64,000 nt of DNA. Source: Oikopleura dioica. Its lineage: Eukaryota; Animalia; Chordata. The stretch spans positions 12,152,001 to 12,216,000 of the forward strand of contig OU015567.1 in the NCBI GenBank assembly GCA_907165135.1. The letters run 5' to 3'. The notes below the pieces were generated by a model. It was given only the letters and a program-made list of their open reading frames with translations, did not search any database and had not been told where the DNA came from. Of the stretch, positions 1 to 13,200 are shown in pieces. How positions within the stretch are numbered: the first letter of the stretch is position 1; every line of letters starts with the position of its first letter. A program made the translations under genes and the position numbers.

Positions 1-1280
1 CAAAATCAATTTCTACTGTAGTATCTTTGCTAGGCAATCTTGGAAACCATACATGAGGGATGGTCTTTGAATGCTTATTTTTAGCGGCTTCGTTTTTTAA
101 AAGAGCCGCTATGTGGTTTTGGACCCTCGTCAGACCCGAGATCTTTCGGACCCTGGATCCGAGCCCCTGACTGGACACAGGTTGCCGAGCTAAGACTAAT
201 TTGAAATGGATGAGCGATGAGTACAGGGAAAATTTCGAAATCTGCGGTGTGATTGAACGCATTCTAAAAACTGGCATCGAGCGCATTTCTTACAGGTGTT
301 AACATTCTTCTTATCAGAGTATCCGCGCCTTAAATGACACGAGCGTTTTACGAGGCTACTCAAGCAATGTTGGTGCCTACTTCTTCTGAAGCAATCTGTT
401 TCGTAAGCGAAGTTTTTAAGCATTTACAGACACTTGCGTCATCCTCAAAAAGCGAATATTAAACGTAATTCTCGCATCTCAAGTGCATTTTTGAGGGGCG
501 CTTTAGAAAAATCGCGCAATGTGAGAAAAGAATTGTTTCAAAGCGTCGAGTTTCAAGCAGTACAGCCTCGTAACCACGTGACAGAAATCTCAAGAGTGAG
601 GACATTATAAGGCTGATTTTACAGATTCGATTTCAGAACTGTTCTTTTCCAACCTGTAGCACCGCGATTCTCATTACTAAATGACGAAGTTTTGCTTTTT
701 TTTTGACTCATTGCAGTTTCGAGTAAAAAACGACGTAAACACCACAGAATCGCGGTACTACAACTTTTTCCCTTTATTATGCGCCCTTTCTTTCGGAATT
801 TAAAATTTCAATAATAATAAACCCAGGTAAGAATGACGCTTTTCATTACTTGGTACCGAAGAATCTAAGTAAAGTATGATTCCAAGGGGCAATAAGGAAT
901 AGCCGATGTGACTTCACGTTCGTAATTGAATATTTATCATCAACATGTATCAGTTTTTTATCTCCCGTATTTGACGTAAAATATATAGTTCTTTTATCGC
1001 CTGAAAACATTGTAAGCAGGCAGTATCCGCGAGATGCCAAAATAAGCCAATTTAAAATCTCAAAACACATTTGCAAGACTCCCTTTTCGAAAACAAAGGA
1101 AAGCTTGTCATAATATTGTTGCGAAGTTTACATCGGTTCAAAGCAGACTATTAGACCGTAATTGTGGTTTTACGAAGTTTAGTCTAACAGTAATCGGTTG
1201 TGTGCATTTGGAGTCACGTTTCTGATCAAATAAAGTGATTCTGCACTTGATTCGTTAAAAAAGTCTCGTGCAAGAGAAAA

Positions 1281-1973
1281 ATGTCAAATGCACCAGATAA
1301 AGCGTCGACAGTTGACTGTAGTGAGCTTGACTCCATCAGAACTCCATCAGAGTTTCAAGATAATCAGAGCAATTCCTCTGGACTTTCGGACGATGACGTC
1401 GGGAGAATGATCAAACAAACATTAGATCCGGTTTGGGCCGCTATTCACGAAATTAATAAAGACCGTTTTACAATGATATCAAAAATCAAAGAGCTCGAAG
1501 AACAAGTCAAAAATTTGACGAATGAAAATGCAAATTTGAAGAACGAGGCCGACACTTTGCGTCAGAACGACCGGTATTTTGAAGGCGAATTGGAAAAACT
1601 TGGAGTCGAAAATCAACAGCTAAAGAACCATAGTAAAGAATTACGTTTGATTTCTCAGCAAGAAATAATCAAAACCGAAATATTTGTTGGACCCCTCCCT
1701 CAAGATATGAAAAAAGAAGATATAAAAAGAGTATTTGAGGAATTTGGCGAAGTCCAGCAAATCAAAAGAGATTCCGTCAACAAACGAAACTGTTCAATCA
1801 TTTTCAAATCTGAAGAAAGCGTCGAAAAGGCTCTTCAACGTAGGGTAAGTCTTCAAAATTTTCTGCAGTCTCGTTCTTGTTTTTAGGATCTTATTGTTTG
1901 GAAAAGTCAAAATCTGAATATACAGAGGGCAGTTGATAACAAAGGCAAAGAAGACAAACGACGAACACTGTAG
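1281..1973 (+). CDS. Coiled-coil + C-terminal RRM protein (2 exons; intron 1845-1886)
   Basis: ORF has a heptad-rich segment, then RNP2-like EIFVGPLP..KRVFEEFGEV. A GT-AG intron joins DLIVWKSQNLNIQRAV..TAG (1971-1973), completing the RRM. Confidence 0.75.
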
Positions 1974-2391
1974 AGTCTATTTCCAACAGCTTTGCACAAA
2001 ATTTCAATTGAGGATGAAAGTCAAGTGTATGTTTTATATTAATACCAATTATTGAGATTGCACATCTTTGATTTATTAAGATAAGGCGGTTTTAATAAAG
2101 GTATTTAAAAAAATATGTTATTTTCAAATTAGAAGGCGTAAAAGCGGCGTTTCTTATATACCGAATTCGATTTTTTTAAAGGTTTTTAACTCCAAAATAG
2201 CCATTTTTAGGGCTTTAAGCCTCTCGTATCCCACATTCAATACCAATTGTGCTAAATTTTTGTGGGTGGGGGTTTTTTACCATGCAGCATGGTCCATGCT
2301 GAATTCGGTACTGATGAGAAAAAACGGTTTTAAAATTTTTTTTTTCTGCGTCCGACCCTACTGTAGACTCTTAATTAATAGACTCAATGAA

Positions 2392-2800
2392 GGAAGGTTA
2401 CAATTATCCTGAGGATCATCCTCAGGATACCCTCTAGAAGTGAATCCTGAGGATTGTCCTCAGGATACCTTTCATAAACCTATCCTGAGGATAAGACACA
2501 GGATACACTCTAGAAACGAATCCTGGGTATCAGATCATAAAATTTCTTCGATAAAATTAGTCCTGAGGATAAGAAAAAACTGACAGATTCAGTCCCAGAG
2601 TTAACTACAAGACAGGCGCGGAGCGCACACACGCTCCTTGACTTAGAACCGCGCAAATCTTTTCCTCAGAAATCATCTTTGATAGGTATCCTAGGGTCGA
2701 TCCTCAGGATACGCTTTTAAAAGGTATCCTGAGGATTGTCCTCAGGATTCATTTCTGGAGGGTATCCTGAGGATGATCCTCAGGATAATTGTATACTTCC
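2392..2800. mobile_element. 409-bp MITE with long TIRs (GGAAG..CAATT...) and 8-bp TSD TCAATGAA
   Basis: TCAATGAA at 2384-2391 and 2801-2808. The ~80-bp ends are inverted copies built from TATCCTGAGGAT/ATCCTCAGGATA palindromes. No ORF. Confidence 0.85.
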
Positions 2801-4016
2801 TCAATGAAGCCTCTGAGGGTCTGTCAATGAAATAACTTTTGTTATGAATGTTATGATTAAATTATGCGCATTACCGTAAAATCATCAAATATCCACAGGT
2901 CCACGGAAAAACTCTCACTCTAAGACCCTGACTAAGAATGAAAGTGTTGATTTAACCCCCTGCCGCGTGGCTTAGCCGCACTTAGTATTTGTCGAATTCC
3001 ATGCATCTCTCCGGGAGAAATAACTTCTCATAATTCATGCTCAGCGCTAAATTTCATCACCCGCCGAGCACTGCGAAATTTGAAGGGCGAACAAATCCAA
3101 ATCCACTTTATAAAGCACGGTGTTGAAATTTCAGGAGAAAATAAACGAGCTGAAAATTGAAGTTTGAAAAATTAAAAGATTTGGAAACTACTGCTTCACG
3201 ATTTTTAACAAGAAAACGGCTGATAAGGGGAAATTGAGTTTTACGATCAGCGCTAAGTCGATCAAAATTGTCGATTAGCGTGCGAATTTCAGGAAATCGC
3301 CTTCTTCCCAAAAACACCTGTTACAAGCCGTAACGATCGAGCGAAAATCAGAGGGCGCAAAAACTCGCCCAAGAGAAAGCTATAAAATCAGAAACCGATC
3401 GAATTTGAAAGTACAGTCACTCAGCTTCTGATTTTGAAGAGACGATTGACGGGCAAATATTTGGTAAGAGCAATCAAAAATACAATATTTTTTACTAAGA
3501 AAATAGTCGATTGATAAATCAGAAGTATGATAAAAAGTTAAAAAAAAGTATGTCTCATTTTAACGGGCGAATTCTCCCGGAAAGTCGTTATTTCAACTGA
3601 TTTTAATTAAAATTACAAAAGCTTTTTTAAGAAATCGAATATCAAAATCGGAGTTTTTCATAATCCCCTAGCTTTGAATTTCGGAGATAAAGATAACTTC
3701 ATCCAGTAAGAATTAATGGTCATCTAGTAATCTTAGAATTTCATGGGATGAAAATGAAACTCATAAAATCACTCTATAATTTTCCACTTCTGAGAATTTC
3801 CTTCAGATCTCGAGTATACAAAACTGCAATAACCGAAATCCACCGTGACGATCCTCTTTTGACCCCAAGAGCTGCTCAAAGAGTACTTCAAAAAATCTGT
3901 GCGTTTGGAAGATCAAACAACCACCGCCGCCTGAAATCGCCATCTGCTGAAGCGCCCCCTTCTAAGATCCATTTTTTCCGACTTCCGTTTTGTTCGATTT
4001 TCGAAAAGAATCAGAA

Positions 4017-4873
4017 GATGAAGATTTCGATTTTTTCGACCTTGCTTCAGCTCTCGGCCGTGTTTGGACTGAGAGACTTTTCAGAAGATCGACTCTGGGC
4101 GAAATTGGATCCTCAATGGGTTGAGTCGAGGATTTTGGTGACAGACGCAAAGCAAAATTACTTACTCGGCTATTTTACGGGCAAATACGGCTCTACTTCG
4201 GAGAAAAAGCGATCTTCCGGTACATTAATCGTCTAATTCTAGCCAGTAAACTCGTTTTTTTCAGGATATCTAGTGCCTATCCCTGATATCGAGTCCTCCC
4301 GGCGATACAATTCAGTTTTGGGCCGGGGTTGCGCCAGTCCCGGTGCATACAAATTGACTAAGTGGCGACCGAAAGCCAACCGCCGAAGAGTCAGAAGAGG
4401 CCAGTGGATTGCGCTGCTCTACCGTGGCGGATGCACTTTTCAGGAAAAGATTCGACTTGCAACAAAACTCGGAGCAGCGGGGGCGATCATCATTGACTCA
4501 TCCTCTAACAGGTTAAATAAAATCCAAAACTTCTCTGAAAATCATCAAAAAATTCAGGTCGCCAACATTGATGAACACTCTTGGCACTTCCATCGTCTCC
4601 ACCAGCGTTTCCAAAATCACCGGTGATCGTCTTAAACTCTTATTAACCCGCAACCGGCCTATTCACGTCTCCATCTCCGTTGGAAGAATCGAACTCGATC
4701 ATCCCCAAAGGACCCCTTCAAACCAAACCTATTCCATTTATCTAAGCCAAAATGGGTTTTCTATAACTCGTTTTTCAAAAAGTAGCGCTACGCCCTTATC
4801 ATATTCATCATCTTGTGTATTTATTGTCGTCATGTATTCTGTATTCAATCTATTATCATTGTCGCATTTGTAA
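4017..4873 (+). CDS. Signal peptide + PA (protease-associated) domain + hydrophobic C-tail; Goliath/RNF130-like ectodomain, no RING found
   Basis: MKISIFSTLLQLSAVFG signal; WIALLYRGGCTFQEKIRLA..GAAGAIII PA motif; short introns link three ORF frames; stop at 4871-4873. Confidence 0.7.
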
Positions 4874-5187
4874 ATTGTAAAATCACGAGCTAAAATCTGT
4901 ACAAAAAAACTGCTAGCTCTTTGTATATGTAGACTGAATAAATTATCATAAAGAATCGTATCTATTCAAAAACGTATTTAATTTGAGTATGGAAGCAAAA
5001 AGCTTACCTCACCTTACATAAGAGCAGATCGCTCTTATGGAGCATATCTTGAGCACAGGATTAGATTAATTTAGGTTACGTGAGCTTACATAACCAGCTG
5101 GTATAAAATCGAGCTGAGGATTCTTGCGAACACACACATTTAGGAATTGACAATTTGAGAGTCGATGGTAGATTTTTTCTACAACAG

Positions 5188-5629
5188 GGACTCTTCCAGG
5201 CCCTACAGGTGCACAATGTGCGACCGGTGCTACAAGTACATAAGGTACAAATACAGTTTTCTTCTAGGGTTACGGTTAGGATAAGGGTTAGAGTTGGGAT
5301 TCGGCCAAGATTCTTGTAAAAGCCCCTAAAACTCATTCAGCCGCTTTGAAGAGCATTTCGAAGAAACGCACATGATGCAGTACATGCAAATGCGACTCGC
5401 CAGAAAGCGCGAGGTCGAAAATCAGCACCAAGAAAACATAGTGAATCTACTGACCCCTCCAACCACCCCAGAAGACCCAGAAAATTCGAAACGCGAAAAC
5501 ACCGAAAAAAACAAAAACGAACACGGAGAGCTGAAAATCGATGAAACTGTAGAAAAAATGAATATGAACAAAAACGACGATCATAAACCAGTTCGAATTT
5601 CTGTCATCAAAAGGCGTCAAATAAATTGA
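5188..5629 (+). CDS. C2H2 zinc-finger protein (3' exons; start not resolved)
   Basis: Spliced translation RPYRCTMCDRCYKYI-S-RFEEHFEETH gives C-x2-C-x12-H-x4-H and continues into ORF 5372-5629. Confidence 0.7.
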
Positions 5630-8600
5630 TCTTACTGAATTGCCTGAATAATCGAGTTGTTTCAAATTACTGATGACAAAGTCCAACATGATAATTAATA
5701 GTACGGTGAAACCAATGGTATGAAACAAACAGGAGTATTCCCTTGGCACTGGAAAAGCGTATGATGTTCCCTAAATATATCAATTAGCCAAACACGTATT
5801 GTCGATTCGGTATTAAAAACAAAAGGATCTCTCTTATATCAAACAAAACCTCTTAATTTCATCAATTTTTAAGTATTGAGTAATTTGAAATTATTTTGCA
5901 TATAAGAATTATTACCAATGGCTTATCAGGAATCATAAATTTAATTCGAAGACACGCCCTTAACAACAAAAAACAGTCATCCAGTTGTCTTTCGAAATCG
6001 AAAGATTTAGTTATAATTTATAACTTATAAATCGTTTTGCGTCTTTGTTTATTGTCACTTAGTAACTACAGTTTTTTACTGAAGATATTAATTCCTTATT
6101 TTCATAGTCAATAAAAACGAAAGGTCAAGAGGGATGAGAATTTATTTGAAGCATTTCGCTTCCGCTGAAATGACGAATTGGTGGGTTTGGAGTTGTGAAT
6201 TTGACATTTTGGATGCGACACCGTTTTAACGTTGGAGCAGTCTTTGTTTAATTGAGCCCCACCACGATGAATTAGATTTCCACCTAACGTGCCAGCTTCT
6301 CCGCTATGATAGAATTTGAAACAAATCCGCTAAAGCGACAAAATACAACCTCAAAAGACATGAAATTCTAAGTACCAGACGGCGAATGCTTATTCTAGTT
6401 CTTGGGCTTTAATTTTTGCGCTCTCTTATTAGCGCGGCTTTTTCAAAACAAAGCCGCGAATCGGCTTCCTAAAATTAGCTTTTCAATCTATTTTAAAATA
6501 CTGTTTCTTCAAATGAGCCGCCACTAGGATTTTCAGCAAAGATCTTTCAAACCCTGACTCAGATTTTCTTCACAGGAAACCGAGCCCTGATCGAAATGAC
6601 AGTACCACGTGACCAAAATTTTCGAAGATGAGATTTCTTTTTGAATACGATCGTATAATTGCCCCTTTGTTGATCACTTTCTGGCTTGGATAGAATGCGA
6701 AAGTATACCCCCTGTACGTAATTGTCAGATTCCCCCGGCGCAGGCGGATGAAATTCAGCAATGCGGCCTGTCTTCTAAAAAATAGAAAATGTCCGCTTAT
6801 TTTCCTTCTGCAGCTGATCCCGCTCTTTTACGCGCGGCCGATGTCTCCCAGGCTTGAATTATGTCAGCAGGCGCGTGTGACACTTCGCTCTGATGTGAAA
6901 ATTGCCCTTGTGCTTTTACTAATGGTATCGAGCCAGCGAAAAGCACCGCCGAAATGAATTTTCGCCAAACGCCACGCCTCGGCAAATGTTTAGAAAATTA
7001 TCCGCAAACGACACTGACTTTCTGGAGCAAATTATGATCACAGCTCATCTTTTCAATGTCGATTTATTAAAAGAATCATCCGCAATAAATTTTAAATAGC
7101 CCATTTTGTTTAAAAAAGCACAATTTTTAGACCATGTTTATTTTCTTATTTTTTTAATCGCATTACCTAACATGGATTAAGCTTACAGTAATTTGAACGT
7201 TAGTAGAACGCCCGTCACTTACGATTTAGGCGATAAGGGTTCTCCTGCTCTTCCGCTGCTGCACTCAAGGTTTAGACTACACTTCCCGGCGCTTATCGCT
7301 CTTACAAAACGATCAAATTGTTGTTTTCGCTCCTCGCCTAGGCCTGTTATTTTAAGTGGCGTGTACCCTACCTTAGAATGATTTTTTGACGCTTTAGAAA
7401 ACATTCGAAAAAATCTGTAAATAAGAATTTTCGAAAAGACTATCATTAGCTTCTTTAAAAATGTGTCTTTTTTCGAGTATTGGTGCAAAGGCTCAATAAA
7501 TTTCTTCAAAAATATATCAAATTTGAAGTTCAAAAACTGGAATTTCGAGGAAAATTCTAAGATTTGCTAGAATTCTATAAGTCCTGTAAGAGAAGAAAGA
7601 GGGCTTCTATTATTTTAAAGGACCTTTTGAACGCTTCTTCTTTCTATTTTTCTTTCCAGAAGAGATTATTTGCTTTGATGATGGCATGATGATCTGATCC
7701 TTCGGGCCGTTCGTGCTGAGTCTACCAGTTTAAAGAAATAAAAAGGTCGCTTTGATCTGGATTATCCTTCGGCGTGGTTGGACGTGGTCCCTTGAAAACA
7801 AAGCTTGAGCGCACGCGACTACATCCAAAATATAAAAATATTCAATTCGAGCAAGTGAAGGATAAGTTATGCAAAGAAACGCAATACCCGGACGGATTTC
7901 ACCTCGCGCAGAGGGTTTTCCAATCATTTGAAACTGTAGTTGTCGAATCAATATTCTAGGTTTTGGCCAGAAAAAACGCGAGTTACTGTGGCAATCCTGG
8001 ATTGTCTACCCCCATAGTTTTGCCCGCCATAACTGTAAAATTTATAAGTAAGCTAAATTTCTTTCCGTGGAACTTGAAATTTGCTTTACAAATATTTTCC
8101 CAGAGAGAGGTTCCACCAGATTTTTAGCGAGCATAAAAACAGATTGAATTAGTAAATCAAATCTATCTACCTCGCTGAGAAATTCACAACTGTACTAGCA
8201 GCAGGCATATAATTTAAGAGAAGCTGCAAAAATAAGAAAAATCCAGATTTTATCAAGATTTCCAAATTTAATAAAAAGCTTCTTTGGAGTTCAATTGTAA
8301 ATGTGTTTTGAGGCTCCGACGAGTATTTTTGCCCGGATGCGGTTGTTAGCCGCGATTCCGGGGAAGATTTTGTGACTCAAGGCTAATTCTGAACGGGTTG
8401 TATGGAACAGGGATAAAATGCAGGAAGGGGGAAGCTTTAACTGTTTTTGTGTTTTTGTCTCTGGGTTTAGTATTTTTCGGTTGTTGGACAAGATGTTACG
8501 ACATGCTAAAACGCTTCCCCAGCTGGGAGATAGCGAAGAGTTGGAGAAATTGATAAGCCGAAGAGGGACCGAACGATTAGATGTTGGAAGACTCAAGAAA

Positions 8601-9312
8601 ATACAAGAAGATAAGCAAAATGAAAATACGAACGACTAAGATTGGACTACTGATTTGCCCTCGCGCCAGCTACTGTACAAACGAGCTTTTAGAAATCGCC
8701 TTTTTGTACAAAAATTAGCGATTCTCGAGCCTTTGAATTGAAAAATCCAACTGATGTGCGGCTTTAATACAGTATAAGTGACTCCTTTTCGTTTAAAAAT
8801 TTTTGAAAATTTGTTCCGGATGAGGCTGGATCCGGGGCAAGCCTGACACGGAAGGGCTGATTCGCCTGCTTTTTTCGCCGCGTGCACGTTTCTGCTAAAC
8901 GCGTTTTATATATATTTTGGCTTCTCTGATATATTTTGTCATGCGCTTTCTGTCAAACAATAGAACGGTGTGAGAACTGTTGGGGGTAAACGCGGCGGCA
9001 AACGTAGCGGAAGCAGCAAATTTAATTAACCCATCGACCTTTCTCGCCGATTTGACAATCAACAATGACTAGCTGCTTTTGCGAAATTAACACGATTCAA
9101 ACCCTTCCCGAGAAAGAAATTAGGTTTTCGAGAAGTTTTTCATGACATTATTGTCACAACAGTGTCCTGTTTTACCCTGACTTGCTTTTCGAAAAGTACA
9201 TTTTTACCTGAAGCTTGTACAAATATACAAAACAGTTTTCTTTTCATTTTTATATCTTTTGCTCGACGATACAGAATCGGAGCCAGGACTAGTGTTTCTA
9301 AGGAGAGTGCAG

Positions 9313-10234
9313 CTAATAAATTTTGAAAATCTTGTCTTCAGTGAATTCGGCGCGGCAACTTGGGCATGTCTTCTGGGGAAGAGACGAAAGGCAGTTGAAA
9401 CAAGCTCGGTGACCACATGGGATGACAAGAGCTTCGGGATGCTCGTCGCAGAAAATTTCGAAGCAGACTTTGCATTTAAGTTTGTCATCTGGCTCATCCT
9501 TGACAAGATTCTTGTCTGACTCGTCTGTTGAATCTTATTTATTCTTTTCTAAAAAGGGCCAGAAGACTGAACGTACCTTCAAGATTATTATCCTCTTTCA
9601 TTGCATTTTTTGTCAGAACTAAGGATCGCTTTTGAACTTTTCTACGCCATTCTTTTATCTTTTGCAGTTCCTCATAAGCATTTTCTTTTTCCAACTTTGC
9701 TTCTTCAAGTGCTTTCTCAGCCTCCTCAACTTTTTTCGCTGCATTCGTGTTTCTCTCTTCTGCAAGGCCTTCTTCTTTTCGGGTCTCTTCATATATCTCA
9801 TTGACCACAGCTGCGCGCTCATATCTCACTAAAATAAATTATTTAGTCATATTTCTGTCTGAGGAGAAAATATTTTTTCCTCACTTTTAGGTCTTGTCGA
9901 ATTAGCAGCATTTTCACAGCATGAACCAACATAAAACTCACGATAAGTAAGTTCTTCCGCGCCACAACCTCTATCAATGTTACTCGCATAGCATTTAAAC
10001 TTTGCATCTGTTTCATCATATTTTGGATCCTTCTGTGTAGGAAACTTTTTGATTACACACTTCTTACAGTATCGATGACCATTTATAGCAGCGGTTGATT
10101 TTGGAGCTCTTTAATCTCTTTGATATCATAAATAGTAAAAACACTTACCCTCCACAAGAGAAGCATTTTCCAATCAGACCAGATGAAGTTACATATTTTT
10201 TGCTCACATAGATTTGCTTATCTATGTCCTTCAT
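9313..10234 (-). CDS. Coiled-coil + C-terminal RING-HC (C3HC4) probable E3 ligase, multi-exon
   Basis: Last exon reads LKCKVCFEIFCDEHPEALVIPCGHRACFNCLSSLPQKTCPSCRAEF..IY*. The coiled-coil exon is ORF 9539-9829. Confidence 0.8.
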
Positions 10235-13200
10235 TATCAAAAACGAATCAAAACTCTAAACCACCGAAAATAATAATGTAAAAACTTGATCGGCGTTTGT
10301 TTTTTTCACTTTTCGAACCGGCCACTCAGGAGTCGACTCCCAAAATATCTGCTGATTCAAGATTTGATAAATGTGAAATCACAAAAGAGCTCGATTCTGA
10401 ACATCATGCTCATTGTAAAAACTGTCACGTGACTGAATGCTCCAAAAACTAGTGACAGCTGGACATCCGGGCGCCACGTTTTCGGTTATCAAGAATGAGC
10501 TTGCGCCTTATCAACTGACAGTGGGAGCGATAGTAGTATTAAAATTCACTCCATGTTCATTTATTATCGAATTCGAAAGACCCTATTTCAGCGAAAAATG
10601 ACAAGGAAAGCTGCAGCTGGAACATGATAAGGTCCAAAAAAGCTGCGGAAGATTTGTAAACTTGCTCAACTAAAAACGTGTTTAACAAAAGCCATTTTAA
10701 AAGATGAGATAGAGACGCTCCAAAAATAAATCATCCAGATGCTGCGGCCTCGAGTTTTTCATTTTGGGTTGAAAGAAGCATTTCGCAAAAATAAATCATC
10801 GTAAACTGGCTCAAAATCGAGGCTGTTTTTATTTTAGAATGAAATCTGATTCAATCTGATTACCAGATTTTTAGATTTCCGCCTCGAAAAGTTATGCAAA
10901 GCGGTGGCGTAGAGGTCAGACCTCGAGGTGGACTGGTAATTAAGCGCTGGAGCCGGAAGCTGATCAGGAAGTCGACACGAAAAACCAAACTTGGACTGAA
11001 TAATATACAGTAAGATGGATGGCCAAGACGTGTCCGAGCAAAATCCGTTGCTCAACTTCATCTGCTCAATTAGATTCGATCTCGAACGGCAAAATAAGGG
11101 ATGAACCAGGATTACAGCAACGACTTTTGCAGCTTGGCGAGTCTGATAAGTAGACAGGAAAATTTACGCTAATGGAAATAATAATTTTCCGACAAACAGG
11201 TTCTCCTGAAGTTTTGATAGAAATACCCTTAGTAGATGAGATAATTATGAGAAGCAAAAACTCTGCTTAAAAATACAGTGATTTAGCAAGGCTCAAATAT
11301 TTACGCCGGAAGGAGTCAACCCTGCCAAAATGCAAATATCCACGATTTAAGCCGGGTTGATCCCTTATTTTGCCGCTTGAGATGCGTAATCTGATGTCAC
11401 CTTTAAAAGCTACTGGAAAACCTCTGGCGCACAAGCTGACTGGCTCAGGTGGCGCGTAAAGCCTGGGCTGGGTCGCACCGCCGCCAACAGTGGTCTTCCG
11501 TTGTGGCCAGTGAGTTAATTCTTGAAGCAGCTGCAGAGTTAAATCACTCTCAGTAAACAGATTCGGTCGCCTGTGCCAGTTATTTTCAAGCTGGATCCAA
11601 ACTAGATTCGCCCAGAGCCGATTTGGCCACACGGCTTCACCATCACAAACGTGACTCAATACCGGACAAAGCTGCGAGATTTCAATTTTTTTTCTTAAAA
11701 AGATTTGATTTTGAGCTTTTTTCGTAGATATTTTATTGATTTTCGTGGCCACTATTTTAACACTGTGAAGAATTGAGTTAAGGATGTCTACCCTGTTAAG
11801 CCTAATATTTGAATTATTCTTACAAGTCGTGCAGTCATCAGTTTACGACTGTTTTCATCTCTATTTACAGTTACCCACTTTACTGAATGCCATTCTTTGA
11901 AATTTCGTCAGTAGGACCACAGAATTAGCCTCTACCCTTTAGCACAGCTCAGTACAGTAATAGCGGCTCAGTAGTAATTGGTAGCACACCTCAAAGGTCA
12001 CACGAAAGTGACAGGTTTAGAATAGAAATTGCTTGGAAAAACGCGGCTTGGCATTTTATGCGTCCAGTGCCTAAGCTGTTTACTCTAGAATTGAATTCTG
12101 TGAACGGAATTTAAACGTGTCTCCAAAACGGGATTAATGGTCCAGCATTTTCTTTTTTACCCGTCAGATGCAGGATTCAATAGTTACCTGGACTAGAAGG
12201 CATAAAAGGAAATGCTTTTTCCGCTGCGGCTCCCCGCCACTTGAGCCCTTTTTCTTTGTCTCACCCTTTTGCGCGTGAGACAGGATTAACGCGGCCAGGG
12301 GAGAGCAAGTTCTAACCGTAAACTTGGTGGAAGAAACCAGGCCTAAGAAATGGCACTCTTTCGTCATGCTATGGAACTCGTACCTTGAACGAATTCTGTC
12401 AAGCATGCCGACTTTAAGTCGTCAATAACAAAGGGTACTTTTCTTAAGCTTTATTGACATAAGCCCTTATGAGAAAAACATGTTGTAAGAAAAGTATAAA
12501 ACTGGATCTTTCTGACTCACTGTATGATTTCTAAAGTCTCGAGAAAACAAGCTTTCCAGAAAGATACGTGTCTCTCTATGACCTGGATTTATTTTTGAGT
12601 CGCCCGAGCTAGTCTGTTTCGTTTTCGTCGGTAACCATAAAAACGTGAATTTAAAATTTGGCTCAATTAGAGAAACCAAAATAAAGAAGCCGCGCCGCGG
12701 GTTTATTCACACAACTGCCATTTAGAAAAGCGAGAAGTTTTGGATCAGTCGCTCTAAAGAAGATCCGAAAATAAAGCAATTCACGTGCTTTCGGGGGGTT
12801 TTTAGCAAGTACAAGATCAGCTTCTGTAACCCTAAATAAAGAAATAAGGGAAAATAGTTCTCGATATAGTTGCCCGGGAAAAGATTCTTCGAAACCCACG
12901 TTGACCTCCACCTAGACTTTGATTTTCTCTTTAGACTGGGCGCCGACGACTCTAAATTTATTTTCTTGGATATTGGCCCGAGAACTGGCGAGAACTCGCG
13001 GTGCCCCGTTAGACTCGGCAGCCAAATCGTTTTCACACTTTGCCCATTTGTCACGCTCCGTGATTTAGAATCCGATAATAGGAGAAAGACCCCTTGCAGC
13101 TCACCCGCGTTAACGTGAATCTAAAGACGACTCGCTCAATTTGATTTGCACAATTATTACGTTCTCTAAAATGCTGCTTTTCTAAACCAATTTAATTTTG

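Noticed and set aside
7700-7715. CCTTCGGGCCGTT matches 13 nt of the satellite unit
   Set aside because: Isolated short match with no flanking similarity; plausibly chance.
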